Assembly (NCBI RefSeq): GCF_001194135.2
Contig: NC_068993.1
Coordinates: 61,219,649 to 61,260,110, forward strand
From: Octopus bimaculoides
Taxonomy: Eukaryota
Length of the DNA: 40,462 nt
Direction of reading: 5' to 3'
Shown in pieces: positions 37,888-40,462 of this stretch; the first letter of the stretch is position 1; each line of letters opens with the position of its first letter. Both the position numbers and the translations under genes were made by a program. Under the pieces are notes generated by a model. That model searched no databases and had not been told where the DNA came from. It worked only from the letters and a program-made list of their open reading frames with translations.

Positions 37888-38774
37888 GCATTTGAAAGAG
37901 ATCGAAAGAGGTGGAAATCCGTTGGTGCCAAATCAGGAGAGTACGGCGGGTGTGGCAAAACTTCCCAGCCATGCGTTTGAATGGCTTCCTTGGTCATATT
38001 GGCGATATGAGGGCAGGCGTTGTCGTGCAGCAGAAGAACTCCATGCTGACAATTAAGTCTTTTCTCTTGAATAACCGTGTTGAGTGGTTCTATCTGTTAA
38101 TCATAGAGTTCCGCGTTGACCGTTTGTTCCGTTCAAGCAATTCGTAATAAATAATCCCTTCCCAGTCCCACCATACGCACAACATCGTTTTACGCGGATG
38201 AAGATCTTGTTTTCCATGCGGTGTAACTTGTTTACCGAGCCTAAGCCATTCCTTACGCTGCTTCATATTGATGTAGAGGCACCATTTTTCGTCGCCAGTA
38301 ACAATTCGGTAAAGAAAACGTTGCTTGTGTCCATGAGTTGAGCAACGACGAGCAAGCAAACTAGCGGAGATTGTGGCTCGTTGATTTTTGTTGTTGTCAC
38401 TTAAAGCATGTGGAACCCATGCTCCATACTTCTGAACCTTTCCCATCGAGTGAAGATGCTTCTCTATAGCAGTGTGGGAGCATTCCATTTTCTCTGCCAG
38501 TTCCCTTGTCGTTTGACGAGAATTTTCGTGCAAAAGTTGGTTTAATCGCTCTTCTTCGAACTCAACTGAACGGCTAAAACGAGGTGCGTTTTTGAGGTCA
38601 AAATTACCATTTTTGAACTTGGCATACCAATCATGAGCGGTTCTTTCAGCTATGGCACCCTCTGCATACACAGCCCAAATGTCGCGAGCAGCTTTTGCGG
38701 CCTTAGAACCTTGATTAAAAGCAAAAAGAAGGAGGTGTCGAAAATGCTCGTTTTTTCTTAACTTGACATTCCAT
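37888..38774 (-). pseudogene. mariner (DD34D) transposase pseudogene
   Basis: ATG at 38774 (MECQVK) with a +1 frameshift in an A-run; HTH region, WVPHAL, VTGDEKW, MLCVWWD; -1 frameshift near 38125 and a TAA; then HDNACPH...YSPDLAPTDFHLFRSLSN with 34 residues between the second and third D. TIRs not seen. Confidence 0.93.
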
Positions 38775-38892
38775 TTTAATGACCTGAAAATAAACAACAA
38801 TTAACTAAAATTAACTACAAAAAAAAAAATAGATTCCAAACACAGACACACAAACATATACACACACGTACATATACATATATATACATATA

Positions 38893-39047
38893 CGACGGGC
38901 TTCTTCCAGTTTCCGTCTACCAAATCAACTCACAAGGCTTTGGTCGGCCCGAAGCTATAGTAGAAGACACTTGCCCAAATTGCCACGCAGTGAGACTGAA
39001 CCCGGTACCATGTGGTTGGTAAGCAAGCTACTTACCACACAGCCACT
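38893..39047 (-). mobile_element. tRNA-derived SINE, family C
   Basis: Reverse complement: A-box TGGCTGTGTGG, B-box-like GGTTCAGTCTC, TTGGGCAAGTGTCTTCTACTATAGC, ends GAAGAAGCCCGTCG into microsatellite. Confidence 0.82.
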
Positions 39048-39056
39048 GGTATTTTG

Positions 39057-39180
39057 ATATAAGCTTAAAGCTTATGGTGACCACCGTGCAACAACTAAGG
39101 AAAAAAGTCTAATCAAGGTACATATTAGGCTACTTTCCTTAGTCATTGCACGGTGGTCACCATAAGCCTTAGGCTTATAT
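39057..39180. repeat. Near-perfect palindrome, 57-bp arms, 10-nt loop
   Basis: 39057-39113 versus reverse complement of 39124-39180, about 7 mismatches; loop CAAGGTACAT. Confidence 0.9.
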
Positions 39181-39257
39181 AAAAAAAAGACATTATTATT
39201 ATTATTTGCAGGATTGCAAAACATGGCGCCGTATAAAAAAAACCATTCGCATCGAAA

Positions 39258-39294
<37 letters not shown>

Positions 39295-39368
39295 GTGTGT
39301 GTATGTGTGTGTGGGGGGGGGTGCGTGTGTGTGTGTCTATAGCATATTTACTCTATGTGCTCGTACGG

Positions 39369-39849
39369 ATGCGTCAAAATACTATATTTAGACTTAATCG
39401 ACAGTCTACATTCTACATTAATTTACCAATATAGCAAATAGAACATTGCCTTCAAAGGTCTCTTTCAATCCTATACACACACATGCACACACATACACAT
39501 GCACCAGCACACCGACACACAGACACGCGGACACGCAGACACACGTAGAAATAAGCACAGAAAACACGCGCGCGCGCTCGTCTAAACATTAACGTTATTA
39601 CATCATATAACCCAACATCGAAGTCAAATGCGGATTCAGAAACAACTTCCCCTACACATACAGCTCTTGTGTTGTGTGCGTCTGTGTGTGTCTGTGACTG
39701 TGGCTGTGTGTATGTATGTGTGTATGTATGTGTGTATGTATGTGTATGTGTGCGTACGCCTGAAAGAGGCCCTTCGAGGCAATGTCATGTTTGCTATATT
39801 GGTGAACTAATGTAGGAAGAGTATTGTCGAATAAAGCACTTTGGTGCAT
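39369..39849. mobile_element. Second foldback-like inverted repeat with inner microsatellite
   Basis: 39413-39467 versus reverse complement of 39761-39815: 46/55 identical, with weaker extension outward. Arms continue inward as CA-rich versus TG-rich repeats. Confidence 0.7.
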
Positions 39850-40462
39850 TTGTAGATGCACATAGGGTAGAAGGGGAGGAGGAAGAGGAGGAGAGGAGGA
39901 GAGAAGGGGAGAGGAGGAGAGAAAGGGAGAGGAGGAGAGAAGGGGAGGGGAGGAGATGTTGGACACATATGTGTGTGCATGTGTGTATTTATACATGTGT
40001 GTATTTGTGCGTGTGTTTGTGTGTGTGTGTGTGGATTACACCCGTGTAATATATCATCGGCCAATAGGTGTCGGTAAGAAGCAATGATGGTGCAGCGATA
40101 CGAGTGACCTCCCTTAGTGTGCAATAAATCCTGCACCTGTTCACCTGCACCAGCGTCTTAGGTGAAGTGCTACGCGCCAAGCGTACACTCCAATGAGTTT
40201 TATTGATTCATAGATTCACCGTCGTTGGTGGATGTCTAACTACGATAGCTACAATTATATATACGCATATACGTGTGTATACCTACATAAATACATACAC
40301 ATATATAAATATACATACACACACACACATACATACATACATACATAACTTTCACACATTTCACACATACACATGTGCACATATATCTGTGCGCTATGTT
40401 GCAAATATTGCATCTATTTTTCTATCTATCTATCAATATCTACAACTATTTATCAATATATA

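Overview
AT-rich, microsatellite-saturated animal genomic DNA with 14 assembly gaps (about 5 kb of N). The SINE families and repeat load resemble what I recall of octopus (coleoid cephalopod) assemblies; this is inference, not a database match. No complete protein-coding gene is visible, and almost all listed ORFs are translations of simple repeats or gaps. Supportable content: tRNA-derived SINEs of about four families, a Tc1/mariner MITE, a frameshifted DD34D mariner transposase, a decayed Penelope-like (PLE) GIY-YIG endonuclease fragment, an internally deleted Chapaev3-like transposase fragment, four long inverted-repeat structures, a promoter-like CpG/GCC island at about 7.8-8.6 kb, and a few weak isolated exon candidates. 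The most notable signal is a set of minimal type I hammerhead ribozyme (HHR) motifs. Three belong to one repeat family (13.8 kb, 23.6 kb, 23.8 kb). At 23.5-23.9 kb that HHR tail is fused to a tRNA-derived Pol III head, inside an inverted composite insertion bounded by a 13-bp direct repeat. A fourth, different HHR-like motif with an A6U core variant lies at 26.0 kb.
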